Assembly (NCBI GenBank): GCA_963932905.1
Contig: CAWVRN010000004.1
Location: forward strand, 32,001-96,000
DNA from: an uncultured Bdellovibrio sp.
GTDB taxonomy: Bacteria; Bdellovibrionota; Bdellovibrionia; Bdellovibrionales; Bdellovibrionaceae
Reading direction: 5' to 3'
Length of the DNA: 64,000 nt
Part shown: positions 52,701 to 61,573 of the stretch, one piece after another
Layout: every line of letters starts with the position of its first letter
Position numbering within the stretch: position 1 is the first letter of the stretch
Position numbers and translations under genes: made by a program
The notes under the pieces: model-generated
Database searches by the model: none
Seen by the model: the letters and a program-made list of their open reading frames with translations, nothing else
Told to the model about the DNA's origin: nothing

Positions 52701-52994
52701 TTTAGACGTAAATTCATCGGTTTTTGTATTTTTCTCGACAGCTAAAACACTGGCCCAAATATGCGGACAATTAAATCCCTGTTTGAATTGATTGCAGGTA
52801 CATTGGAAAAGTAGGTTTTGTTTATCAGGATCGAAATTTAAATTTACGTTGTATTTATGAACACCATAAACTTCAGATTTAATTGCTTCATTGCCAATCT
52901 CCAGCAACTTGAATTGTTTGCGGATATAGAAGCTGTAACCTTTAGAACGAACGGTTGGGTCAAACTCTTTAGTCAAAAATTCAGAAATGTTCAT
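49749..52994 (-). CDS. SWIM zinc finger + SNF2-family helicase
   Basis: CTC...CPH; LADDMGLGKT, DEAQ, TGTPIEN, LSLKAGGVGLNL, WWNPAAESQAIDR. Confidence 0.95.
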   Translation of the reverse strand: MNISEFLTKEFDPTVRSKGYSFYIRKQFKLLEIGNEAIKSEVYGVHKYNVNLNFDPDKQNLLFQCTCNQFKQGFNCPHIWASVLAVEKNTKTDEFTSKVFYFYQQKKQVESETKEKQEDISVVKGSGNEPYWKRSLDRAQEMYDSKNVVTKFRAASSDFLKRGFYILDIPASLSYRQFVLHFRVQERKYNGEYGFIKKGDLNQEKITSFENTQEQEILWNLIGRVEKNYFSKSQATTYNEFLVNPDQNENILQNVSELGQLYRLKKNKTGLYVDFNINDMQPYPLMPENWSLDLHLYEFDKEDYKLSVVLKNEKNQTKEMKEVIGYLDNYIFFEDFMAYFDSKKNGMWYEALSLRPMVVAKNEVFDFLNTYWLNFTNTPYIHLPDDLKFEENRELQPKAKVVLHMNEESTIQVAEMRFLYDGYEVDGTYQEYILDLNKKLKIKRHQELENDLINQFIELSPIKKSGFRSEFKFFNSHLPDLIDKVGQHDWQIFLNRNRIRRAKDLTFRVSHQMDWLDLKIDLKIGDVTVEWPDILKALKNQSNLITLADGTTAFMPSDIMKKLKPYFEVGQTTESGIKLNRIQSLFLKSYIENDFVVPSDSKMESLIKDLSELKPVKIGGSFKGELRDYQKKGVSWMNILSENALGGILADDMGLGKTIQMLAVFSIFSQIKDKSSGPSLIVAPKSLVFNWRNEFEKFTPKIKVLTYFGNDRKEQIKDAKKFDVLLTTYHTLRNDIEQLKEIPFYFFVLDEAQNIKNPRSQLTLSTKLIKSEKKFALTGTPIENSIGDLVSILSVVNPGLITDSLGQKMLKLSEPDDLKRFSKALSPFILRRTKEQVLKDLPSKTEQVLYCELSEEERNKYNEIKNYYWQKLNSKIKDNGIKNTKIEILGALLRLRQISCHMGLVDKTKLGEPSAKFDLLIDQIQTLINEGHKALIFSSFTSLLKILSQQLREKNIHFEYLDGQTKDRAERVQNFQTNDQISLFLLSLKAGGVGLNLTSADYVFIIDPWWNPAAESQAIDRCYRIGQTKSVFAYKLIAKNTVEEKILKLQERKKILAENIISSDANILKELSLDDLSDLFS

Positions 52995-53276
52995 TCTTAT
53001 TGGTTTACGAAATTTCCCGCAAAAAATCAAAGAGTTAATAGAAATGGGCATGAATCAGCGACATTCGTATAAAGTGAAAATTTAGAGTTGTAAGTGCCGA
53101 GCTTTCGCGTATAATGCGTGCACTTTTTTTCTAAAACTATTCAAACAACCGCTTGGATCACGAACGCGATCCCAAACATATCCCATTCTATTCCATGAGC
53201 ATTGAACATAAAATTGGCAGTAAAAAGCCATTTTAGCGATTCCCAAGGCCGGCTACCTGATGGTAAAACCCAACGC

Positions 53277-54218
53277 ATGAAACTCACTATTGTTGCCGAC
53301 GCTCTTACAAAAAGTTTCCATAATGCCGCCGCCAACCAGGATGGAAAATTAGCAGACTACATTCCGGAACTTGCCAAAGTTAACCCGAATTACTTTTCTG
53401 CCACGATTGTCAATGCCCACGGGGAAAGTTTTTCTGTTGGCGACAAAGATCAATTGTTTTCTCTGCAATCGACATCAAAACCAATCGTCTATAGTTTAGC
53501 ATTGAAACAACATGGTGCCGAGTATGTTCACTCAAAAGTCGGCGTAGAGCCAACCGGAGAAGCGTTTAATTCCATAATTGAACTCGAAAAACACTCACAT
53601 CGACCGTTCAACCCCATGATAAATTCGGGCGCCATAGCCACAACCAGTTTGATTAGTGGTGACAATGGTGTCAGCAAACTGCAGGCAATTGTGAACTATA
53701 TTTCTGAACTAGCCGGAAGACCGCTTTCCATCGATTCGGCTATTTTCAAATCTGAGCGTGAAACAGCCCATCGAAATCGTGCTATCGCTCATTTAATGAA
53801 ACATTTCAATGTCATGACTTCAGAAATCGATGAAACACTGGACAACTATTTTAACCAGTGCTCTATATTAGTTACGACTCAGGATCTAGCAATGATCGCT
53901 GCCTCGATGGCGACACAAGGGCGTCAGCCGCTCACAAACAAGCAGTTAATGACACCCAACCATGTTACCAAAACCCTCAGCCTAATGTTCACCTGTGGAA
54001 TGTACGATACAGCTGGTGAATGGGCCTTTAAAGTTGGCTTGCCAGCTAAGAGCGGCGTTAGCGGCGCTATTTTTGTTGTCGTTCCTGGTAAATTCGGTTT
54101 GGCGGTTTATTCTCCGAAAGTCGATGACCATGGCCACAGTGTGCGCGGGCGATTACTTGTGGAAAATCTTGTCCATGAACTTGGTTTAAATATTTTTAAT
54201 TTAGGTACTATCCAATGA
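53277..54218 (+). CDS. glsA: Glutaminase A
   Basis: ADYIPEL, QSTSK, VGVEPTG, NPMINSGAI, CGMYD, PAKSGVSG. Confidence 0.93.
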   Translation: MKLTIVADALTKSFHNAAANQDGKLADYIPELAKVNPNYFSATIVNAHGESFSVGDKDQLFSLQSTSKPIVYSLALKQHGAEYVHSKVGVEPTGEAFNSIIELEKHSHRPFNPMINSGAIATTSLISGDNGVSKLQAIVNYISELAGRPLSIDSAIFKSERETAHRNRAIAHLMKHFNVMTSEIDETLDNYFNQCSILVTTQDLAMIAASMATQGRQPLTNKQLMTPNHVTKTLSLMFTCGMYDTAGEWAFKVGLPAKSGVSGAIFVVVPGKFGLAVYSPKVDDHGHSVRGRLLVENLVHELGLNIFNLGTIQ

Positions 54219-55246
54219 TGTTTCAGGTTTCATCGGTCATCGAAAAAATATTGTTTTTCATTCAATTTGAAGTTTTCGTCGTCATTTGGTTGACCCTACT
54301 GGCGGCCTACGGCTTCTATCGTTTTTTTCTAAAAGCAATTAGTCAAAAACGCCACTTAAATTTGAAATCACGATTCATCAACACCCCTACTTATCTTGGT
54401 ATCTCGACACTGTTGTCAATTGCACAATGGGCTCTTTACGGCAGTACAGAAGCCAATTGGGTAAATAGACTAGCTGAATACATCGCCTTCTTTTCCCTGG
54501 TGGCAGGGGCCATCGGCTTTATTAAACTAGCGCAAATCATTGTTTACCTATCATTGTTTTACAAGAACATGTCCCAAGGCATCCCCCGACTCATTGCGAA
54601 TTTGTTTTCATTTGTGTTTTCAATTTTTGTAGTTTCGTTTATAGGATCAGAAGTTTTTTCGATTCACATCACCGCGATGCTGGCAACCTCGGCCGTATTT
54701 TCTTTAGTTCTAGGTTTGGCATTACAAGACACTTTAGGAAATTTATTTTCAGGCGTGGCTATGCAAATTGGCCAGCCATTTAAAATAGGCGACTGGGTTG
54801 AAATTAACCATGACAATAAAAAATGGCTAGGCCAAATTCAAGAAATCACCTGGCGATCCACTTTCTTGATCACGTTCTCGGATGAAACCGTAATGATACC
54901 AAACAAAACAATTGCACTGAGCCAGATTACCATTTTTAGCGACCAACAAAGACCAAACCGCGAAAGTGTCACATTCAGAATTGACTACAATCAGAATGCG
55001 TCGTCCGCTAAGTCTATTCTTGTCGACGTTGTTTCATCCATCGAGGGTGTCTTGCAGAACCCAGGCCCTCGAGTGCTTTTGACCGAAACAAGTGACTCAT
55101 GGGTCGTTATGAAGGTGTTCTATTCGGTGAGTGATTTTTCAATGAAATTTAGGATAGCGGACCAAGTTATTGAGAAAGCGATTCAGGCGTTTAATGCAAA
55201 CCACATTAAATTAGCTGCGCCTAAAATCACCGTTTTAAATTCATGA
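54215..55246 (+). CDS. mscS: MscS-family mechanosensitive channel
   Basis: GLALQDTLGNLFSG, PFKIGDW, ITWRST, IPN. Confidence 0.88.
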   Translation: MMFQVSSVIEKILFFIQFEVFVVIWLTLLAAYGFYRFFLKAISQKRHLNLKSRFINTPTYLGISTLLSIAQWALYGSTEANWVNRLAEYIAFFSLVAGAIGFIKLAQIIVYLSLFYKNMSQGIPRLIANLFSFVFSIFVVSFIGSEVFSIHITAMLATSAVFSLVLGLALQDTLGNLFSGVAMQIGQPFKIGDWVEINHDNKKWLGQIQEITWRSTFLITFSDETVMIPNKTIALSQITIFSDQQRPNRESVTFRIDYNQNASSAKSILVDVVSSIEGVLQNPGPRVLLTETSDSWVVMKVFYSVSDFSMKFRIADQVIEKAIQAFNANHIKLAAPKITVLNS

Positions 55247-55383
55247 TAGCCTCTTTGACGATTTGAAATACAGCAGGCCGAGAGATTAAGGAAGAAATTA
55301 CAAAGAGGCAAATTTACATTCCAGAAATTAAATCGTTTTAGTAGAATTAACGAAGCCCGTTTTGGGTATGCTAGGGGGATACC

Positions 55384-55593
55384 ATGTCGAAAGATTTAAA
55401 ATTATCGGACGATGCCATCAAAACGGCTCTCAGTAAAAACAACCAGCAAATAGCGCATGATTTAAGGTCCCCTCTATCCGCTCTTAATTTTGTTTCTAGC
55501 CTTAATGCTGAATTGAATCCTGATAGTCGAAATCTTCTGCAAATGGCCATTGATCGACTGCAAGAAATGGCTCACCGTCTGGAAACTGACTAG
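55384..55593 (+). CDS. Stand-alone HisKA (DHp) mini-protein
   Basis: QIAHDLRSPLSAL H-box plus second helix; GGGGGA RBS; no CA domain. Confidence 0.7.
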   Translation: MSKDLKLSDDAIKTALSKNNQQIAHDLRSPLSALNFVSSLNAELNPDSRNLLQMAIDRLQEMAHRLETD

Positions 55594-55639
55594 GATCTGA
55601 TTTATATTAGGATCTTCGGTAATCACCATTGAGTGGGAT

Positions 55640-56914
55640 TTAGTAGATTGTTATATCAATTGCTTTCTGATTGGCAAATGTACGCGCCCGCGCTTCAATT
55701 ATTTCTTCGATTCGTTCTAATAAACTAATCTTGCCGTATTCTTTTGTGATCTGTTCGCGATTTGTAGATTTATGCTGAGTAATTTTCTGGTGCATCGCCC
55801 GCATGCGCTCCTGGCAGGTACCCTCTTTAAATTCAAGCTGACGATCTAGTAGTTTTAATTCTTTCTTACCGATTTTAGTGTAGTCATTTTGACCACCGAT
55901 ACTAAATGCGAAGTGCTTTTGCAGTTTTGGGTAAATCGCCGTGCACACTAAGTCATACAGGGGTGCAATTTCGTAGCGCTGCCCTAATAATAGGAACGAA
56001 AGATTTTTAGAATGACTGTCGTTGTTTCCAATCAGCAAATTGAAGAAGACCCAATCTAGCAATGTATTGATCGACTCCACCCGTTTTTTAGCCAAAGTGT
56101 TTTTCATAATCAATTCAAAGTTATTTTTAATACTCGGTCCGCCACTGTGTTCATACTTAAACTCACTGGTGATTCCCTGTGCCTGGCAGAAATCTTGCTG
56201 ATGCAAGCGATGAACAATTCCTTTTTCGTCCGTCTGGCGATCGTATCGTGTTACAACAAATAATGGAAATTCACCCACGTGAATGGAACATACGGGAACT
56301 TGAAATCCCACTCGCTGAGCCAGCCTCATGCAGTAAAGCTCGTTGTATACGGAGTCTTTAATTTGATGGCGATAAATCGGCATTTTCACGATGTGCGTGG
56401 TCGGCGCACCATGTTTTGGCAGGTAGAATTTTTTCCCATCGTAAATCGCTGGGAATTTATCCTGCGCCCCAGCCAAAGACAAATAACCAGGATTTTCATC
56501 GGCGATAACTTCGGCGACTGAGCGTTTTTCTTTCAAAGCTTGGTAAATTTTTGCTTCCTCAAGCTCCACGCGTTCCTGCTTCGCTGTTGGTGCCGTGTAA
56601 TTTTCGTCGCTGGTAATGGTAATAGCCCCCGCACAGTCTTGACCATATTTAGATAAGAAATCAAAAACACCGTGTACGTCCTGACTTTTTTCAATGGACG
56701 CTTTTGTGTCACCTTCTGGTAACAGGTTTTCAAAAAAAGACAGCGTATCTTTATTACCGAAATTTTTATTTTCTAATTTTAAGGTTAGACTCAAGGGAAA
56801 ATGGTCCGCACGTTTTAACCATTCGTCAGTATAGCGAAATGAAAATACCAGATCTTGATCTCGCTGAATCACTCCGACCTTATCGGATTCGTAATAAACA
56901 AAAAGTTGATTCAT
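55640..56914 (-). CDS. hipA: HipA-family kinase toxin
   Basis: FFENLLPEG, SLAGAQDK, HIVK, HQQDFCQ, GNNDSHSKN, APLYD. Confidence 0.93.
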   Translation of the reverse strand: MNQLFVYYESDKVGVIQRDQDLVFSFRYTDEWLKRADHFPLSLTLKLENKNFGNKDTLSFFENLLPEGDTKASIEKSQDVHGVFDFLSKYGQDCAGAITITSDENYTAPTAKQERVELEEAKIYQALKEKRSVAEVIADENPGYLSLAGAQDKFPAIYDGKKFYLPKHGAPTTHIVKMPIYRHQIKDSVYNELYCMRLAQRVGFQVPVCSIHVGEFPLFVVTRYDRQTDEKGIVHRLHQQDFCQAQGITSEFKYEHSGGPSIKNNFELIMKNTLAKKRVESINTLLDWVFFNLLIGNNDSHSKNLSFLLLGQRYEIAPLYDLVCTAIYPKLQKHFAFSIGGQNDYTKIGKKELKLLDRQLEFKEGTCQERMRAMHQKITQHKSTNREQITKEYGKISLLERIEEIIEARARTFANQKAIDITIY

Positions 56915-57159
56915 TAGTCTTGTTCCATTGCCAACGTGATTTTAAAACCCAAAATTTTAGACATTTTCATCAAGGTAGAAAGTTGAATATCACTATGACC
57001 TGATTCAATTTTACCAATGCCTTCTCGTGAAAGATTACAATATTTAGCCAAATCGACTTGAGTGATATCAAGCTCCACACGTCGTTTTTTTAGTAACTTA
57101 CCAAGTTGAAGACTTAGACTTTCTTTATTACCTTCTAAGACAATCACCGTATCCGACAT
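56914..57159 (-). CDS. hipB: HipB-like XRE HTH antitoxin
   Basis: TQVDLAKYCNLSREGIGKIESG HTH; TAATG overlap with hipA; GAGG RBS before ATG 57159. Confidence 0.85.
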   Translation of the reverse strand: MSDTVIVLEGNKESLSLQLGKLLKKRRVELDITQVDLAKYCNLSREGIGKIESGHSDIQLSTLMKMSKILGFKITLAMEQD

Positions 57160-57173
57160 AAGATCCCTCGCCG

Positions 57174-57291
57174 TGAGTACTATAGTACTCATTATAGTCC
57201 CTAACGATGCTTTGTCTACAAAATGAGTACTATAGTACTCGTTTTGAGCCAAAACCTGGTCTAAGGTACAAAATATGCACTATAGTACGCA
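57174..57291 (-). promoter_or_regulatory. hipBA promoter with three palindromic operators
   Basis: TGAGTACTATAGTACTCA-type palindromes with cores at 57179, 57229, 57279; TAGACA-N16-TATAAT on minus strand (57218-57191). Confidence 0.8.
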
Positions 57292-57350
57292 TTGCAAAAC
57301 AGTCTTGGACTCTATGCTATAGTTGAAAAGCGGATATGAGTTTTGTGGGA

Positions 57351-58340
57351 TTATGTTCCCTCATCTTCGTAATAAATAACTTTAGACCCATCAAATTCAA
57401 TCTCAAAGGGATATGGACGCAGTCCTAAACCATCCGTCAATTTTTGTCGTTGTGATGGCGGCACTACAAATAACAAAAATCCGCCGCCACCTGCGCCTAG
57501 CAGTTTTCCGCCCCAAGCACCCAGTTTCATGGCCTTGCTGTAGGCTTCGTCAATATCTGGGTTTGCAATTTTATCACTTAAGCTCTTCTTTAGTTCCCAG
57601 CTGCGATGAACCAGCTTTCCAAAGTCTTCTATGTTATCTTTTAACAGTAGGGCACGGCCTTGATCCACAAAGCTTACCATCGTTTTTAAGTTTTCAAACT
57701 TGGCCGATTCATTGCTGATGTTTTTTTTCTGGTCGGCAAGAACTTCCGACGCTGAACGCGATACCCCCGTGTAGAACAAACACAGATGATTTTGAAGATT
57801 ATTAAAACGTTCGCGAGATAAATTCAAACTTTCGACATTCACTTCACCGTGAGGCAAAAATTTGATTACGTTCAATCCACCAAAACTAGCGGCATATTGG
57901 TCTTGTTTACCAATGGGTTCTTTTAATTTTTCAATTTCGATTTGGCAAGCCATATCGGCCAAGCGACCTTTATCGGCAAATTGATTTTTTCGTGTTAGCA
58001 AATTATGTAAGACACCTACTGTGAATGTAGATGACGATCCCATGCCCGTGCCTGCTGGGATATCCGCGATAGAACTTAATTCCACGCCCGCGGGCACATC
58101 CAGCATATCCAGCGCTGTTTTTAAAATCGGATGCTGAATATCGCTGATTTTCTTAACTGTTTCTGTTCTAGAATATTTCAAACGGTACTCGTCGCTCTCA
58201 AAATATTTATGCGTAGAAATGTACATGTATTTGTTAATTGAAAAACTCAGGACTGCGCCCGGAGAACGCGAATAAAAACTCGCCATGTCAGATCCACCAC
58301 CAAAAATACTAACTCTAAACGGCGTTTTAGTGACTATCAT
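57351..58340 (-). CDS. hddA: D-glycero-alpha-D-manno-heptose-7-phosphate kinase (GHMP)
   Basis: PFRVSIFGGGSD, PAGTGMGSSS, GKQDQY, GGKLLGAGGGG. Confidence 0.88.
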   Translation of the reverse strand: MIVTKTPFRVSIFGGGSDMASFYSRSPGAVLSFSINKYMYISTHKYFESDEYRLKYSRTETVKKISDIQHPILKTALDMLDVPAGVELSSIADIPAGTGMGSSSTFTVGVLHNLLTRKNQFADKGRLADMACQIEIEKLKEPIGKQDQYAASFGGLNVIKFLPHGEVNVESLNLSRERFNNLQNHLCLFYTGVSRSASEVLADQKKNISNESAKFENLKTMVSFVDQGRALLLKDNIEDFGKLVHRSWELKKSLSDKIANPDIDEAYSKAMKLGAWGGKLLGAGGGGFLLFVVPPSQRQKLTDGLGLRPYPFEIEFDGSKVIYYEDEGT

Positions 58341-59676
58341 AATTTATCCCTTTGCTTTTAAAATACGTGGCGAAAAAGTCTGTTAGTTTTAAGGAGTCCG
58401 AAGTTTCAAATACATTGGGCCGTAGGTCCTCTACGGTACTTTCACCACCGGTGATGGCGACAAATCCCATACCTAGGGCTTCGGCGGCTAGGCGATCACG
58501 GTGAGAATCCCCGACCATTAAACTTTTACTGAAATCGATGTTGTAAGCTGATTTAGCTTGTTGAAACAGCCCCGTTTTTGGTTTGCGGCAATCACAGTCT
58601 ATTTTTAATTCTGGCACTTCGCCCGCAAAGCCTTTATCGGGATGATGAGGACAATAGTAAATTTCATCCATCCACACGCGGCGATTGCCAAGCTCAGTTT
58701 CCATTTTTTTATGAATGTCGTTTAATTGAGCTACGGTCATGTAGCCTTTGGCAATTCCGGGCTGATTGGTGACTACGATATTTAGAACCCCAATTGAATT
58801 TAGAAACTTCACGGGACTTTCGATTTCGGATTTCAACACTAGATCCTTGGCGTCTTTTAAGTCTGACACATAGTTCACAAGTGTTCCATCGCGATCCCAG
58901 AAAACACATGGTTTAGGCTGATCCAGGGCTTTTCGCTGAGGTGTTTTTGAATACGTCAGTTCTCTGCGCAATTTTTCTATACGGTCTGGAGTTCCGATGT
59001 CTTTTACATACTCGAATGACTTATACGAAAAAACTTTCAACTGCTTAAGCCAAGTAGGAAACACATCACGCGCTAGATCTTGAAATTTGTTTTCTTCGAG
59101 CAGACCTAAAGCCTTAACGGAAAAAATATAAACAGCGGCGTTAACCAAATTAAAATAAACCAAGTTTGGTGGATGAGGCTTCGTTAGAAATCCAGTGACT
59201 CGATGATCAGCATCGACTTCCACTAGGTCGCTATCATATGGATGATCATTAGGATGAGTCAGCAATGTCACATCAGCATTTTTATCGTGGTGAAAGCGAT
59301 ACATAGATTCTAGATCAAGAAATCCCGAGAACAAATCACCATAGATGACATAGAAATCTTCTCTGATTTGGCCCTTTAGCTGCGCCAGGGCACCGGACGT
59401 TCCTAGTGGCTCCTGCTCGATAACATATTCGGTTTTGATGCACCACCGAGAGCCATCGCCAATAACGTCGCGGATTTTCTCAGGCATGTAATTCAGCAGC
59501 AAAAAGACGTTCTTGATCCCTTGACTAGATAACCATTCGATTTGAATCTCCAATAACGAACGATGATCCACCGGCACCAAGGGCTTTGGCCGATCGGTAA
59601 GTCCCAATCGAGTGCCCTTTCCTCCGGCCAATATAACGGCTGTCTGTGGATATGAATAGGCTGAATTAATTCGCAT
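58327..59676 (-). CDS. Nucleotidyltransferase (HddC-like) fused to HAD IIIA heptose bisphosphatase (GmhB-like)
   Basis: LAGGKGTRL...PKP, EPLGTSG; DRDGT, TNQPG, CPHHP, CDCRKP, GDS. Confidence 0.88.
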   Translation of the reverse strand: MRINSAYSYPQTAVILAGGKGTRLGLTDRPKPLVPVDHRSLLEIQIEWLSSQGIKNVFLLLNYMPEKIRDVIGDGSRWCIKTEYVIEQEPLGTSGALAQLKGQIREDFYVIYGDLFSGFLDLESMYRFHHDKNADVTLLTHPNDHPYDSDLVEVDADHRVTGFLTKPHPPNLVYFNLVNAAVYIFSVKALGLLEENKFQDLARDVFPTWLKQLKVFSYKSFEYVKDIGTPDRIEKLRRELTYSKTPQRKALDQPKPCVFWDRDGTLVNYVSDLKDAKDLVLKSEIESPVKFLNSIGVLNIVVTNQPGIAKGYMTVAQLNDIHKKMETELGNRRVWMDEIYYCPHHPDKGFAGEVPELKIDCDCRKPKTGLFQQAKSAYNIDFSKSLMVGDSHRDRLAAEALGMGFVAITGGESTVEDLRPNVFETSDSLKLTDFFATYFKSKGINYDSH

Positions 59677-59772
59677 CTGGTTGAAATTACAAACCTATCC
59701 TGCGGGTGTCACGTTCTTTCCTTGAAAGGTCAGGCTTTTTTTGATTAAATGAGCCATTCCAAAGAGGTTTAA

Positions 59773-60402
59773 ATGTCGAATACAAATACTGCCGATCCAA
59801 GAGTTAACAACGTATGGTTTAACGCAAGCTCAATGGAAACCTATTTCAGCGATTACAAAAAAAATCTGAATCAAGCTCTGGCGACTGTAAATGCGGCGGA
59901 TTTAGAAAAAGCCTACCAAGTGATGAAAAAAGTAACGGACAACAACGGAACTTTCTTTGTGGCGGGAAACGGCGGGTCCAACGCGATTGCTGATCATTTA
60001 AGCTGCGATTGGACGAAGGGAACGTACGTGGCAGGTAAAAATCCTCTGCGAACCTTATCGTTAATGGCAAACGGTCCCCTATTCACGGCAGCCGCAAACG
60101 ATTTTGGTTATGATCGCGCGATGGCGTACTTACTAGAAATTCAAGCACGTCCAACTGATGCGTTGCTGGTTATTTCTTCATCGGGCAACAGTCCAAATAT
60201 TATCGAAGCCATGAAAACGGCTAAACAAAAAGGTCTTCCCGTGATCGCATTGACAGGCTTTAAAGGTGGCAAAGCGAAAGAGATGGCGGATGTATCTCTG
60301 CATGTGGATTTTTCAAACTACGCGATCGTAGAAGATGGCCACCAAGCGGTCATGCAATGTTTAGCGCAATACTTTTTCGTAAAACACAGTGAAAAATCTT
60401 AA
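59773..60402 (+). CDS. gmhA: Second GmhA-like SIS-domain isomerase
   Basis: GNGGS..IADH, ANDFGY, SSSGNSPN, VEDGH. Confidence 0.8.
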   Translation: MSNTNTADPRVNNVWFNASSMETYFSDYKKNLNQALATVNAADLEKAYQVMKKVTDNNGTFFVAGNGGSNAIADHLSCDWTKGTYVAGKNPLRTLSLMANGPLFTAAANDFGYDRAMAYLLEIQARPTDALLVISSSGNSPNIIEAMKTAKQKGLPVIALTGFKGGKAKEMADVSLHVDFSNYAIVEDGHQAVMQCLAQYFFVKHSEKS

Positions 60403-61156
60403 GCCAGGTTTAGTTTCTATTATTTCCCCAGGCTACAATAGCGCGCGATTTTATCCCGACGTGATTGAAAGCGTGCGTGCGCAAACGTATCCCGACTGGG
60501 AATTACTAGTCGTTATCGATGAAGGCACCAAAGACAACACCGCGGAATTAATCAATGGCTGGAATGCGAAAGACCCACGAATTAAATTAGTGCGGGTTCC
60601 GCAGGGCCGCGGCCTAGCACTGGCACGCAACTATGCGATGTCGGTGGCTGAAGGTCAGTACATTGCATTTCTAGATAGCGATGATATGTGGATGCCTAAG
60701 AAACTTGAGTCGCAATTAGCGTTCATGAAGAAAAACAATCTAACAATTAGCTGCACATCGTTTCGCCGTGTGAGTGAAGATTTATCAAAGACCGGTCATT
60801 TAATTCCGGTGCCGACCGATATTACCTACGAAACGTTACTAGTGAACAACGTCATGGGCTGTCTAACGGTGATGTTTGATCAAAGAGCGACAGGCTTGCA
60901 AAAATTCCAAGAAACAAAACACGAAGATTATTTGCTATGGCTTTCAATTTTAAAGAAAGGCCACCAAGGCGGCGGATTGAATGAAGATCTGGCTCGCTAT
61001 CGCATTGTGAAGAATTCGCGCTCGGCTAATAAGCTCGAGATGATTGCGTTTCGTTGGAAGATTTTGACTGAACATCAAGGGCTGAGTGCCGTGGATGCTG
61101 CGAAGTATTTGATGCTTTATGGGATTACTTCGCTGAGGAAATATGCGCGGTTTTAG
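60389..61156 (+). CDS. GT2 glycosyltransferase (TuaG-like)
   Basis: VSIISPGYN, ARN, AFLDSDDMW.P.KL, HEDYLLW. Confidence 0.88.
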   Translation: MKNLKPGLVSIISPGYNSARFYPDVIESVRAQTYPDWELLVVIDEGTKDNTAELINGWNAKDPRIKLVRVPQGRGLALARNYAMSVAEGQYIAFLDSDDMWMPKKLESQLAFMKKNNLTISCTSFRRVSEDLSKTGHLIPVPTDITYETLLVNNVMGCLTVMFDQRATGLQKFQETKHEDYLLWLSILKKGHQGGGLNEDLARYRIVKNSRSANKLEMIAFRWKILTEHQGLSAVDAAKYLMLYGITSLRKYARF

Positions 61157-61573
61157 GAATGACTTTGCATTTGGATAATGTGATTTAAACGAATACAAAG
61201 AGTTAATATCTATTGAACGAGCCCCCAGTTTCTACGCATCTCCGCCGACCATGCGTACCTTCTCGAAGTTAGCCGGAAAAGAATTTATCGGTTTACTTTG
61301 AAAGTGTTGCCAAGCAACGCAAACGTTGCGTGTTAAAATGTTAGCTGGGAATAATTTATTTTGATTTAAATCCATCGAACTAAATAACTTTTAAATCAAA
61401 ATCTCATTCTGATCCACTATTGTCTATTTTCCACGGTTCATAAAAATACGCGCTAAGCTTTTGTTTTCACGGCGAAAGCTAATCTTGAAGTGAATTTCAC
61501 CTATCTTTAACATCTCGTCTGATAAAATTAGAGCATATCACTTCATTATTCTGGAACGTTAACAGGGGGTTTT

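Noticed and set aside
57174..57291. Mini CRISPR array
   Set aside because: Only three short units, one degenerate; no cas genes; they bracket a promoter as TA operators do
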